A stretch of 59,390 bases of DNA, the filler included, from Basidiobolus meristosporus CBS 931.73 (taxonomy: Eukaryota > Fungi > Basidiobolomycota): the NCBI GenBank assembly GCA_002104905.1. It is 4 parts of 4 records of this genome, joined end to end, with 100 filler letters (N's around TTAATTAATTAA, not from the genome) between each part and the next. Parts side by side here need not be neighbours in the genome. Positions count along the whole stretch, not along the records: positions 44,491 to 59,390 come from MCFE01001164.1; 3 more parts are not named here. One strand, 5' to 3'. Positions 48,815 to 59,390 of the stretch are shown piece by piece. The first letter of the stretch is position 1, and every line of letters starts with the position of its first letter. Made by a program: the position numbers and the translations under genes. The notes beneath the pieces are model-generated. The model worked only from the letters and a program-made list of their open reading frames with translations. It ran no database searches and had not been told where the DNA came from.

Positions 48815-49053
48815 AGTCGTAGTATGTACTACCAAGGATACTAGCCAGGAATTGGGGTTCAGTAGTCAAGGTAGGAAGGAAGGAAAAACTGCTTTATTTT
48901 CTAATGTATATGCTAATTTATATCTTTGTGAGCTACATTCGCTACATACAGGTCTTAGTGCCATTTGCCTAATTTTAGTAATAGTCGACGGATGGTTCTA
49001 GGGTAGGTCTCCGACTGTGATGGTTTGAGGATGTTGATGACCTAACCACGACA
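48815..49053 (-). mobile_element. Second family-Z LTR in inverted orientation
   Basis: Diverged reverse complement of 48007-48247. Confidence 0.85.
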
Positions 49054-49056
49054 CAA

Positions 49057-49371
49057 TGTTACAGGGTAAAGTATACCAGTAGGATATGTGGTAGGCACTC
49101 CGTAGAGGATAATCAGCTGTACTGATAAAAGACCAATCATGCCGATCTGCACCCAAATAGAGTTACTCGGACAAAAACCCTATCTGTCACTAATTTATCA
49201 CCAAAACCTAATTTGGCACACAGTATATAAAGCACACCGTGAATAACTATTGCAGACAGACGCGTACACGAATAAAGTATCTTCTCCCTTGCATCCTGGA
49301 TCAACTCTTACTCTCACCGGAATCTCCAGAGATTTACCGTTCAGCTGGGATTTCCCTCTACGAGTGTAACA
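49057..49371 (+). mobile_element. Solo LTR, family X, with 4-bp TSD ACAA
   Basis: Perfect TGTTACA/TGTAACA termini, TATATAAAG and AATAAA; ACAA at 49053-49056 and 49372-49375. Confidence 0.9.
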
Positions 49372-50378
49372 ACAATAAGCCACTCTTAAGCTTGCCTTCC
49401 AAACCACCAAAATATCAATTCAATCTGCTCTTTAAGTTTTAGTAAGGTCCAGGTCTTATGCTTTGAAAATGATAAACCTCTAGAATCCATATAAACTCCA
49501 AGTATTGTAGACCAACTCAAACTACGTGATCTTGCACATTCTACTTGTACTCCATATTGAGTTTGTTAACATCCTAATGTAACTACATTAAATGGATCAG
49601 GTGTAGTCTAGGAATGCTATATGTGCACAGCATTTGTAGTCCGGCCTGTGCTTAACCGTTCATTATATAGCGTGCACAACATTCTGACAAAGTAATTGCC
49701 ACCATCCAACAATTTCAGAGAACCAACCTCATCCCAATTATGCCTGGATGTTTGTCAAAGCCCGGTCTGTCAGAACTTACCGCTGTTTTTGAGCTCTTTG
49801 AGAATACAAACCCCTTTTGAAAGGTTTAATCCAAGCCACTGAATGCTAAAAACACGATGAAAGTGGTTTTGGTACTCATTTCTTCAAGAGATTTATCTTT
49901 CCTACTTTTCGTTATATTCATAAGCAAAGCAATTTTGATGAGTTTTTGGCTGGCCAATTCAATGAGACACTTTTTCGCACCCGTTTTGTTCATACTGACA
50001 TCTATAGCGAAGCCGTCATAAGAATTTACTTTATATGGTGGCACTGCTGGTATGTAAAAACATAGAGCAGAGGAATATCCATTTCAAATTACAACTCCCG
50101 AACAATGGCCTAGGCTGGTTAAACGTACTCACTCCGGACAAAGATCTGTTGATCATTATCTTCGAATACGAATCTTTATTTGGTTTTCTTCGGTGAGATC
50201 ATGATATCATATCTTCTACAAGAACTACACTTTTGATAGAGAATCGATGAGATCCATCATTTTACCATGTATATCGCTATAAACATTCTCAGTAAACAAA
50301 GAGGTGAAAACAAACTCGCAGAGCTATTGCTGAGCGTTAGGGCAGGACTGGTATTTCATGAAGGTTACAAAATATTCA

Positions 50379-50451
50379 CGAGGCGCATGGGACTCGAACC
50401 CACAATCCCCAGATCCGAAGTCTGATGCCTTATCCATTAGGCCAACGCCCC
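50379..50451 (-). tRNA. tRNA-Arg(UCG)
   Basis: 73 nt GGGGCGT...GCGCCTCG; anticodon arm TCAGA-CTTCGGA-TCTGG; T loop GTTCGAGTC. Confidence 0.94.
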
Positions 50452-51431
50452 AGTTGCAAACCATCGATGCACTCTTAAACCTGACCAGAATGTGCAGGTG
50501 ATCGAAACACATATAGGTATGTTGGCCCATAATCTCGCCTGCATGAATGCTAAAAGATGGAAATTTATAACTGCAAGTAAAACAAGAAGTGAGCTAAAAG
50601 CAGGTTCTACGCTCAAAATGAAGGAAGGTCTTGGTACACCAAAACGATGCCGGGATTGACTTGGGTTTCATAACAAAATTTTAGCGCAAATATATGGAGT
50701 AGCGAGGCTCAAGAGTACATGCTCAAATCAAAGCCAAAGCTGTATGGTAATGATCATATACTAAACGGTGGTGAGCTTGAAAATAAATGTGGGTCTTGTA
50801 ATATCACATAGGTCTTAATTCCTAGCAACAGCGCTCGATAGTGTTAGAAACCCGAAAGTGCGTAGAAGAAATACCTTTTGATGGATGTTGATGACCAATA
50901 ATGCTGCATTTGTTGCGAAAGGGTGGAATTCTATTTTATACTGGCCCGATCTGGGTATCTCGCACTCAGGTTCAACAGGTATTTTGCATTTTACCAGCTT
51001 GTGTTTCTCGTCTACTTGGCCAATGATATAGTCCAGTGAGCATAAATTACTGCACTAGAGTGGCTTCACTATCCCTGAATTCTACGGTGGAACATAATTC
51101 CCGATTAGATAATAAAAATACCCGTTGAAGTGGTGTAGATAACTTAATATGGTTAGCACAAAAGTGTCATATCATCCGTATTCTCACGTCTGTTTAATCG
51201 CTACTTATTGTTACTGCCACCCGCTATTTATGCCATTTATCAGCATGCGTTCAGAGCAACACTCATCCTGACTATAAATGGATTGATAACTCGATTGCCA
51301 AATGAGTTACGCGTCAGGTGAAAATCTTGAAATTAACCAGAAATTTCCAAGCATTTGTCATCCAACTGCAAGAACCCAGTATAAAAAAAGCGACACAATG
51401 GGTTCAGGTTGGTATTCAGCACAACACAACA

Positions 51432-52160
51432 ATGCCAGCCAATCTTCCACGCAGAGCACTACTTGCCATCACCAGCTATAACGAGCCCTTCTACGCCAAT
51501 GGCAGCAAGACTGGACTCTTCTATACGGAAGCGTTGCATCCATACGAAGCACTGGTCGAGGCCGGGTTCGAGGTCGACTTCGCCTCCGAGACTGGCACTT
51601 ACGGAGTGGATGAGCACTCCTTGTCGAAAGACTTTCTCACCGAGGATGACCAAAAAGTGCTAGACGATCCAGAGCATCCTTTCAATGTCAAACTGAACTC
51701 ACAGCTTCGCAAGGCGGCGGACCTCAACCCTGCCGACTATGGCCTATTCTTTGCTTCTGCCGGGCACGCGACCCTGTGGGATTACCCTACGGCTCGTGGC
51801 CTGCAGCATATTGCCGAGGACATATACAAGCGTGGAGGGGTTGTTTCAGCCGTGTGCCATGGGCCAGCCATTCTCCCTGGCATCATTGACAGCACCACAG
51901 GCAAATCCATCATCGCTGGCAAGAAGGTCACCGGGTTCACCACCGAGGGTGAGGTGATGTTGAGCCTGCTTGACATTATCAAGTCAGCCAATGTGGCTAC
52001 AATCGAAGAAGGAGCGGCTGCCGTTGGGGCCGAGTACGTGGCACCTCCTACTCCATTTGCCGACTTCACGCAAACTGACGGCCGAGTTGTCACCGGAGCT
52101 AACCCAGCAAGCGCAAGATCCACCGCCGAGGATGCCATCAAGGTGTTCTCGAGCCTCTAG
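51432..52160 (+). CDS. HSP31: DJ-1/Hsp31-like glyoxalase III, 242 aa
   Basis: Same protein; only synonymous differences were noticed. Confidence 0.93.
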   Translation: MPANLPRRALLAITSYNEPFYANGSKTGLFYTEALHPYEALVEAGFEVDFASETGTYGVDEHSLSKDFLTEDDQKVLDDPEHPFNVKLNSQLRKAADLNPADYGLFFASAGHATLWDYPTARGLQHIAEDIYKRGGVVSAVCHGPAILPGIIDSTTGKSIIAGKKVTGFTTEGEVMLSLLDIIKSANVATIEEGAAAVGAEYVAPPTPFADFTQTDGRVVTGANPASARSTAEDAIKVFSSL

Positions 52161-52779
52161 AGGGCTATATCAGTGTATAAAGTAGATAGACATTCAATAA
52201 ACTCTTGTACTTGTTCAGTATCAATTCTAACTCGCAATACTGCAATACATTTGAGCTTCGACCATGATGAACGATTTCTTGCATCTGACAATGGTAAACC
52301 TGTTGAATGCCATAGAGTACCAAAAAGAAATAGCGGGCTACACTTCTGACCAACTGTAGCAGCATTGGACTACCGCATTTCACTGGCGAGAGTTGGAATA
52401 ATGGGATGTACTGTGCTGTGCCATAGCAATGAAACCTCCTCCATGTATATGGACCAGACGCATGCTTTAACTGTAGCGTAGTAGTACTACAAAGGGTTGT
52501 TGTATACTTTTCCTCGACTCAAATCAATGATAATGCCAGTCGGAACCATATTCTCTGGAATATATCCCCATAGATACTAGGAAACTGGTAGATAACTTAT
52601 GCCAACAGAGATGTTGAAATGATTTCGACTGTACCAGAAATACCTCTCAACTAATCTCATTAGATAAAATATTAGTGACTCAAGTGGGGGTGAAGCCCAC
52701 AACTTTCTCCTCTGGAGGCGGACACTCTTTCTGCGAGTTACAAGGCCATTTTCTCCTGCTGTCATGAATCAAGGGTAAG

Positions 52780-53040
52780 TAGAGAAGTGAGAGACATATC
52801 TAAATGGAATCTTATGCAAATGTAGAGAGCTGAGAAACTGTGAGATGTTAACAACTAATTATGATCTTTCACAAGGTTTATACAGAGATAGTTTTGGAAG
52901 AAAGGGTTCTGGTAATGTAGGATAAGCTTCCCAAAGTAATGCTCAAGACATGTCAAGTAACTTGTGTGTTTTTATCAAGAGTGAATTCTGAGGTGTTTAA
53001 TCAGCAGTGTTTTCAGCGATTGAATAAGACTAGTTATGTG
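52780..53040 (-). mobile_element. Decayed family-Y-like LTR
   Basis: GGTTTATA.AGAGATAGT...AAGCTTCC.AA...CAG..GTGT...AATAA.ACTAG shared with 17380-17535. Confidence 0.5.
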
Positions 53041-54178
53041 CATACCTCATTAGCATACCTTCAAATTTGCATAACATTCAGCTGGAAGGTGAAAGTATAA
53101 GCTTGTAGAAAGTTGATGGACATAGATATTGCAATACTCTAGGGAGTATTGGAAGTGCTCTGGAGGCTAGAAGAATGACATAATAGATACATGTTGTTAT
53201 ATATCATGCTATATATTACGGCTTCTTTATTAGGTTAGCGAATGCTTGCTTCATCTGTGGGTAACGCACTTCCCAATGGCTTGATCTCTCAGGCATCAGG
53301 AACACACCTACTTTCTTGAATGATCACCACTCTGTTCATTGCTAGCATTACGAAACCCACTTATCCATATATAGTGAGCCATGTTGGAGTTCAACTTCAG
53401 CCCATTGCATTCATTTCACGCCGCTATACCAATAGTGGAATTGGTGATAATTCAATGAAAGTGTGTCTTCGCATTATTTGGTAAGCTAAGAGTATGCACC
53501 ACCTGTAAAACAGTGTACTTGACCCAAGCCTTTATAATGAATCGACACCATCATTGACTGAACCACCAACAGTGGTAACAAACAATGTGATATTATAGGA
53601 TATCAAAGGAGATGTGCTTTCACAGGATGGATCGACCATCCTCACCAACTACTTTGTCATTATTATTCCGTATATTGGAAATCGCATGGTCAGCCTTATT
53701 TCCTTCACGTGTCCGCAATATTTATCGTTCTCAAGTTTAACAATGTGCTGAACCACGTACTTTCACATCTGTCCATTCCAACTCCAATCAGCGATTTTCC
53801 ATTATCGAAAGCCCGGGATATGCCATTATTGCCCATTATTGCCCATAATACTTGGTTCAATGTCTACTATTTTGGAAGCTTTGTTGGCATGTGATTGTGT
53901 TTTAAAACTCGTCCAATGCATTGGTTACCTGGCGTGCCATCAAACCCTAACCCAAACTGCGACTGAGCAGGGTTCTGATCAATCGCAATACGAAAAGGAA
54001 AACAAGCGATTTCCTCCACCGGCATCTGTGCTGACGCCGAATACCCGTTGATTACTTTAGATGCGCCAAATATGGCAGTAGATGTGAAGCCTTAGAAAAT
54101 ATATTGTGTACGAAGTGTTCTCATATGCACTATAAATAAGCCATCGATGGTAGCATTCCAGTGTATTTCATCTCAACC

Positions 54179-55421
54179 ATGGCGCATCTACTTAAATTCC
54201 TCTTCCCTGAAGACGAGTCCTTTGGATTCGAGGCCCTTCGCGCAGCCGCGTATGCCAACTGTGGTGGAGCAGATATTGGCGAAGTCATCCAAATTTGCTC
54301 ACGCATACCTGCTGGTGACACAGACTGCTGGCTACTCGAATGGCAGACAGCTGCTGACCGTGCCGTGGCAAATGCGAATACTAGTCTTACCAAGGGCAAC
54401 ACCCCCGCCGCAAGGGAGGCGTTTCTTCGCGCATCAAATTATTATCGCACCGCTGAGTTTTATCGTCGTGATAATCCGTGGGAGGATGACCTAAGCAACA
54501 AGTTGGCAGGATTTGAGCTCCGAGATGTTTTACAAGGCGACAAGGCTGATGCGGCATGTGACGGAGAAGGTGAAGATACCGTATGAGGGAACAACGCTAC
54601 CTGGTATCTTGATGCGTCCAGACAACAGCGACACTCTTAGACCACTCATTATTGTCAATGGAGGGTTTGATTCGACCATGGAAGAAGTCAGCTACTCTGT
54701 TGGCGCCACCGCCCTCGAGCTCGGCATGAATGTACTCGCCTTCGATGGCCCGGGCCAAGGAAGTGCTGTCCGTCACCAAAAGCTCCTCTTCCGTCCAGAT
54801 TGGGAAAAGGTTGTCACCCCCGTCGTTGACTACTGCCTCGCTCAGCCATTCGTCGAGAAGAATAAGATTGCCCTAATTGGCATCAGTATGGGTGGGTACC
54901 TTGCTGCTCGCGCCAGCGCATTTGAGCACCGCCTCGCTGCAGTCGTACTCAACGACGGTGTGTTCGATTTTGGCAGCGTTTTTCGCAAGGGCATGGACAT
55001 GGATAACTCCCAGGATGGCGGCCCGCAGATCGGGAATTTCCTCATTAGCAATGAGTGGGATGACGAAGTCAACGCTTTTATTCGCAAAATGCAACAGGAA
55101 AATACAGGGACCAAGTGGGCTTTGTCCAACGCGAAATGGGTGTTTGGAGTAGATTCGGAAGTGGAGGCGATTCGTCGGGCACAGAAGTACACAATGGAGG
55201 CCATAATAGACCAGGTCGAGACCCCGACGCTTGTCCTGGATGCCCCGGATGACCACTTCCTTAAGGGTCAGCCGGAAGAGATCTATAAGAAGTTGCAGTG
55301 TGAAAAAGATCTCATCACGATAACACAAGAAGAAGGAGGCAGCTTGCATTGTCATATTGGTGCGGGATCACGGTTGGCACAGGTGACATTTGACTGGCTG
55401 CTGGAGAAGCTGTCCAGTTGA
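54179..55421 (+). pseudogene. Alpha/beta hydrolase (2,6-dihydropseudooxynicotine hydrolase/FrsA-like, ~413 aa), intronless, +1 frameshift near 54509
   Basis: ESFGFEALRAA..GGADIGEV N-terminus, IPYEGTTLPG, GGFDST.EE, FDGPGQG, nucleophile GISMGG, HCHIGA. Removing one G in GCA-G-GAT-TTG joins the two ORFs; this may be a sequencing error. Confidence 0.85.
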
Positions 55422-55959
55422 TCGTTAAGCATGCAACCGCCAATCGACTGGCATATATTCATGCTATACGAATAAAACCTCACTTGATAGAAAATGCTCA
55501 TATAATGTCTAGAAACGTATTTGGGTTACCCGCGATGGACCCATCGCAAAATATCAATATCAATGAGGAAGCTCTGGCAAATGATAGTGACTCTGACACA
55601 AGCGAAGGCAATTTATCATACCAGCCTGAATCTTCTTAAACCAGTGATACAGAAGCTGATAGCGAAGTGGGGGTTCCATGCAATATTGGGTTCGCAAGAA
55701 TGTTACCATGTAGGGACAAATCTCGCATCAATTTTATCAATAGATGTCCAATGACCTGGTAAATTTAATTAGAAAACCCAGGCTTGCACATGCTTGCCTT
55801 CAGACCTACAAACTGCTCAATAGTGGAAACAGCAAAAGAGAGACTGGGAGCATTTGTGTAAACAATGGCCTGTAGCGGCAACATGCAGAATCTGATACTT
55901 ACATAGTCTCTTAATTTAAAGATGGATTTGAGGATATATAGTTGACTTTAATATTCAGC

Positions 55960-56225
55960 CCCAAAACTAAAGTGGATAAGGCGATTAAATACTGTAAATA
56001 CGCCCAGGTTGCTTAGCATCAGCTTGAAATATACGTTGGTAATCATAGATATACATTGCAGATCATTCCGGAACTTTGCTTGTGGATTATGATTGGCCTG
56101 TCTTCCTTCGGGGTAAAAAAGAATCAAGGGCCGAACCTGATTCACCCCTCATCGTATACTCCGAGCGCCGGCGGGTACAAGCAGTTGTCCGCACCGAAGA
56201 AGAAATCCCGTGGCTTGGTCAACAT
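55960..56225 (-). pseudogene. Probable HAD pyrimidine 5'-nucleotidase (Sdt1-like) pseudogene
   Basis: MLTKPRDFFFGADNCLYPPALGVYDE resembles the FFFDIDNCLYP motif I with the catalytic Asp lost. A later frame reads ITNVYFKLMLSNLGVFTVF (FTNA motif region). Multiple stops. Confidence 0.5.
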
Positions 56226-56880
56226 GATGGTTGGCTGGGTGAAGTGAAAAGAATGTCGGGCCGCGGAGAATGGGTTGATCCAGGATTGTGGTTGCGAACT
56301 CCGTCCCGTTGAGGGATTTCTTTTTTAGCTCATCCATCTTTCACAAGCATGCTGGCTTTTCACTTGGATTTTGGATCAATTCCCCTCCTTCTGGGTATGC
56401 ACAACAGTAGCCCTAAAGCCATATTATATCGCAGAAGTATGGTTCATGGGGCTCTCTTACAGCAGAGCACCTATTATGTAGCTCCACTATGGATTGGGTT
56501 GCATTGCGGACTATTATGGAACCGGTTTCCCTGGCTAATTTATCTTTGTTGTTGGTGGAGAATAGAGATATGGTCAACGCTTCGGCACAATTTCCCACAG
56601 ACCAAATGAATGGTTGCTGGTAGTTGGTTCCTAATTGTTGACTTGCCATCTAGAGCACTTGGATAGCTATGTTAGCTATCATGGCAGTGACTTGGCCGTA
56701 AGATACCTAATCACCGTGGCATGTGCACATGATCCGACGTTTTCCGGGAAAGGCATCGCTTATTTGTCAGGAGTTTTTGTTAGTGGGAAGTCACTGATTT
56801 TGGGAGGGTTGGGGAATTATCATAAGTCCATGTATAAAAACATCACTGATAAATGCATACTTGTACTTGTGTAGCAAAAC

Positions 56881-56952
56881 GGGCTCAACCGGGAATTGAA
56901 CCCGGGACCTCCTCGACCCGAACGAGGAATCATACTACTAGACCATTGAGCC
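56881..56952 (-). tRNA. tRNA-Pro(CGG)
   Basis: Exact reverse complement of 17565-17636. Confidence 0.95.
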
Positions 56953-56963
56953 CCCGTATAAAT

Positions 56964-57286
56964 TGTTATTATTACAGAGTAACGAGTCACTCAATGTTAA
57001 GTGATATCAACGCATACAAAGATGACTTAGTAGCCAGGGAAAAGCAAAACAAGACAAATCACTAGACTCACAATAAGGTATAAATACCAATCAAATAGAG
57101 TCGAAGTTTAGTTAGAAGTAAGGAAGAGCAGTAGAAACAAGTATTATTTTGAACTATATTTCTACAGGTCACCATCCTAACCTTTTAAGAGATATTCTTA
57201 CACTACCCCATCAAATCTACAAGATAACATACATGTTATCTAATTCCATTCTTTTTAAAGGACATTATTCTTTTAAGCATGTAACA
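56964..57286 (+). mobile_element. Solo LTR, family W, starting 11 bp upstream of tRNA-Pro
   Basis: TGTTA...TGTAACA with TATAAATA; near-TSD TAAAT/AAAAT; homologous to 47524-47800. Confidence 0.75.
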
Positions 57287-57940
57287 AAAATAAACCACTC
57301 TCAAGCTTAGCTTCCAAACCACCAAAATATCAATTCAATCTGCTCTTTAAGTTTTGGTAAGGTCCAGGCTTTATGCTTTGAAACTGATAACCTCTAGAAT
57401 CCATATGAATTCCAAGTATTGTAGACCAACTCAAACTACGTGATCTTGCACATTTTACTTGTGCTCTATACTGAGTTCGTTAAAATCCTAATGTAACTGC
57501 ATTAAATGGATCAGGTTTAGTTTGGGAATGCTGTATATGCATAGCTTCTGTAGTCAGGCCTGTGCTTAACCGTTCATTATATAGCGTGCACAACATTCTG
57601 ACAAAGTAATTGCCACCATCCAACAATTTCAGAGAACCACCTCATCCCAATTATGCCTGGATGTTTGTCAAAGCCCGGTCTGCCAGAACTTATCGCTGTT
57701 TTTGAGCTCTTTGAGAATACAAACCCCTTTTGAAAGGTTCAGTTATTATCTTCGGTGAGATCATGATTTCAAACCCTCTACAAGAACTACACTTTTGACA
57801 GAGGATCGATGAGATCCATCATTTTACCATGTATATCGCTATAAACATTCATAGTAAACAAAGAGGTGAAAATAAACTCGTAAACCTATCGCTGAGCATT
57901 AGGGCAGGACTGGTATTTCATGAAGGTTACAAAATATTCA

Positions 57941-58013
57941 CGAGGCGCATGGGACTCGAACCCACAATCCCCAGATCCGAAGTCTGATGCCTTATCCATT
58001 AGGCCAACGCCCC
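57941..58013 (-). tRNA. tRNA-Arg(UCG)
   Basis: Identical to 50379-50451. Confidence 0.94.
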
Positions 58014-58995
58014 AGTTGCAAACCATTGATGCACTCTTAAACCTGACCAGAATGTGCAGGTGATCGAAACACATATAGGTATGTTGGCCCATAATCTCGC
58101 CTGCATGAATGCCAAAAGATGGAAATTTGTAACTGCAAGTAAAACAAGAAGTGAGCTAAAAGCAGGTTCTACGCTCAAAATGAAGGAAGGTCTTGGTACA
58201 CCAAAACGATGCCGGGATTGACTTGGGTTTCATGACAAAATTTTGGCGCAAATATATGGAGTAGCGAGGCTCAAGAGTGTATGTTCAAACCAAAGCCAAA
58301 GCTGTATGGTAGTGATCATATACTAAACGGTGGTGAGCTTGAAAACAAACGAGGGTCTTGTAATATCACACAGGCCTTAATTCCTAGCAACAGCGCTCGA
58401 TAGTGTTAGAAACCCGAAAGTGCGTAGAAGAAATACCTTTTGATAGATATTGATGACCAATAATGCAGTATTTGTTGCGAAAGAGTAGAACTTTATTTTA
58501 TACTGGCCCGATCTGGGTATCTCGCATTAGGGTTCAACAGGTATTTTGCATTTTACCAGCTTGTGTTTCTCTTCTACTAGGCCAATGATATAGTCTAGTG
58601 AGCATAAATTACAGCACTAGAGTGGCTTCACTATCCCTGAATTCTACGGTGGAACATAATTCCCGATTAGATTAATAAAAATACCCGTTGAAGTGGTGTA
58701 GATAACTTAATATGGTTAGCACAAAAGTGTCATATCATCCGTATTCTCATGTCTGTTTAATCGCTACTTATTATTACTGCTACCCGTTATTTATGCCATT
58801 TATCAGCATGCGTTCAGAGCAACTCTAGTTCTGACCATAAATGGATTGATAACTCGATTGCCAAACGAGTTACGCGTCAGGTGAAAATCTTGAAAATTAA
58901 CCAGAAATTTCCAAGCATTTGTCATCCAACTGCAAGAACCCAGTATAAAAAAAGCGATACAATGGGTTCAGGTAGGTATTCAGCACAACACAACA

Positions 58996-59390
58996 ATGCC
59001 AGCCAATCTTCCACGCAGAGCACTACTTGCCATTACCAGCTATAACGAGCCCTTCTACGCCAATGGCAGCAAGACTGGACTCTTCTATACGGAAGCGTTG
59101 CACCCATACGAAGCACTGGTCGAGGCCGGGTTCGAGGTCGACTTCGCCTCCGAGACTGGCACTTACGGAGTGGACGAACACTCCTTGTCGAAGGACTTTC
59201 TCACCGAGGATGACCAAAAAGTGCTAGACGATCCAGAGCATCCTTTCAATGTCAAACTGAACTCACAGCTTCGCAAGGCGTCGGACCTCAACCCCTGCCG
59301 ACTATGGCCTATTCTTTGCTTCTGCCGGGCACGCGACCTTGTGGGATTACCCTACGGCTCGTGGCCTGCAGCATATTGCCGAGGACATAT
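58996..59390 (+). CDS. HSP31: DJ-1/Hsp31-like copy, partial (window end); extra C near 59293
   Basis: MPANLPRR start at 58996; AACCCCTGCC here vs AACCCTGCC in the other copies. Confidence 0.85.
   Translation, partial: MPANLPRRALLAITSYNEPFYANGSKTGLFYTEALHPYEALVEAGFEVDFASETGTYGVDEHSLSKDFLTEDDQKVLDDPEHPFNVKLNSQLRKASDLNPCRLWPILCFCRARDLVGLPYGSWPAAYCRGH

Noticed and set aside
53945-53953. Isolated CCCTAACCC upstream of the hydrolase
   Set aside because: Single 9-mer with no tail motif; compatible with chance.

Overview
Eukaryotic, fungal-type DNA: short GT-AG introns with CTAAC branch sites, intronless tRNAs and a TTAGGG telomere. An early-diverging fungus such as Basidiobolus is a guess from gene content, not proven. 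The window is four contigs joined by artificial 100-nt N44-TTAATTAATTAA-N44 spacers (15112-15211, 29393-29492, 44391-44490), so linkage across spacers is not real. Contig 1 has a small secreted-protein gene, its decayed duplicate and a Copia/Copia/Gypsy nest. Contig 2 is a chromosome end: DJ-1/Hsp31 gene, tRNA-Pro with stacked solo LTRs, a divergent pair of secreted DUF3472-like genes, then a head-to-tail retroelement array capped by (TTAGGG)n. Contig 3 is a six-copy proteinase K-like subtilisin array with a hidden three-exon ATX1 gene. Contig 4 has repeated tRNA/LTR/DJ-1 units and a frameshifted alpha/beta hydrolase. The best novelty candidate is the telomeric array at 25140-29392. It contains a LINE-type RT element with no visible endonuclease, a tRNA-headed SINE-like partner and a third cargo module. 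All three end in the same AATAAA + stem-loop + C-rich/CCCTAACCC tail and point away from the telomere, suggesting a LINE/SINE system that adds itself to chromosome ends. The second candidate is repeated insertion of several LTR families within about 12 bp of tRNA 5' ends. No database searches were run; family calls come from motif recognition by eye.
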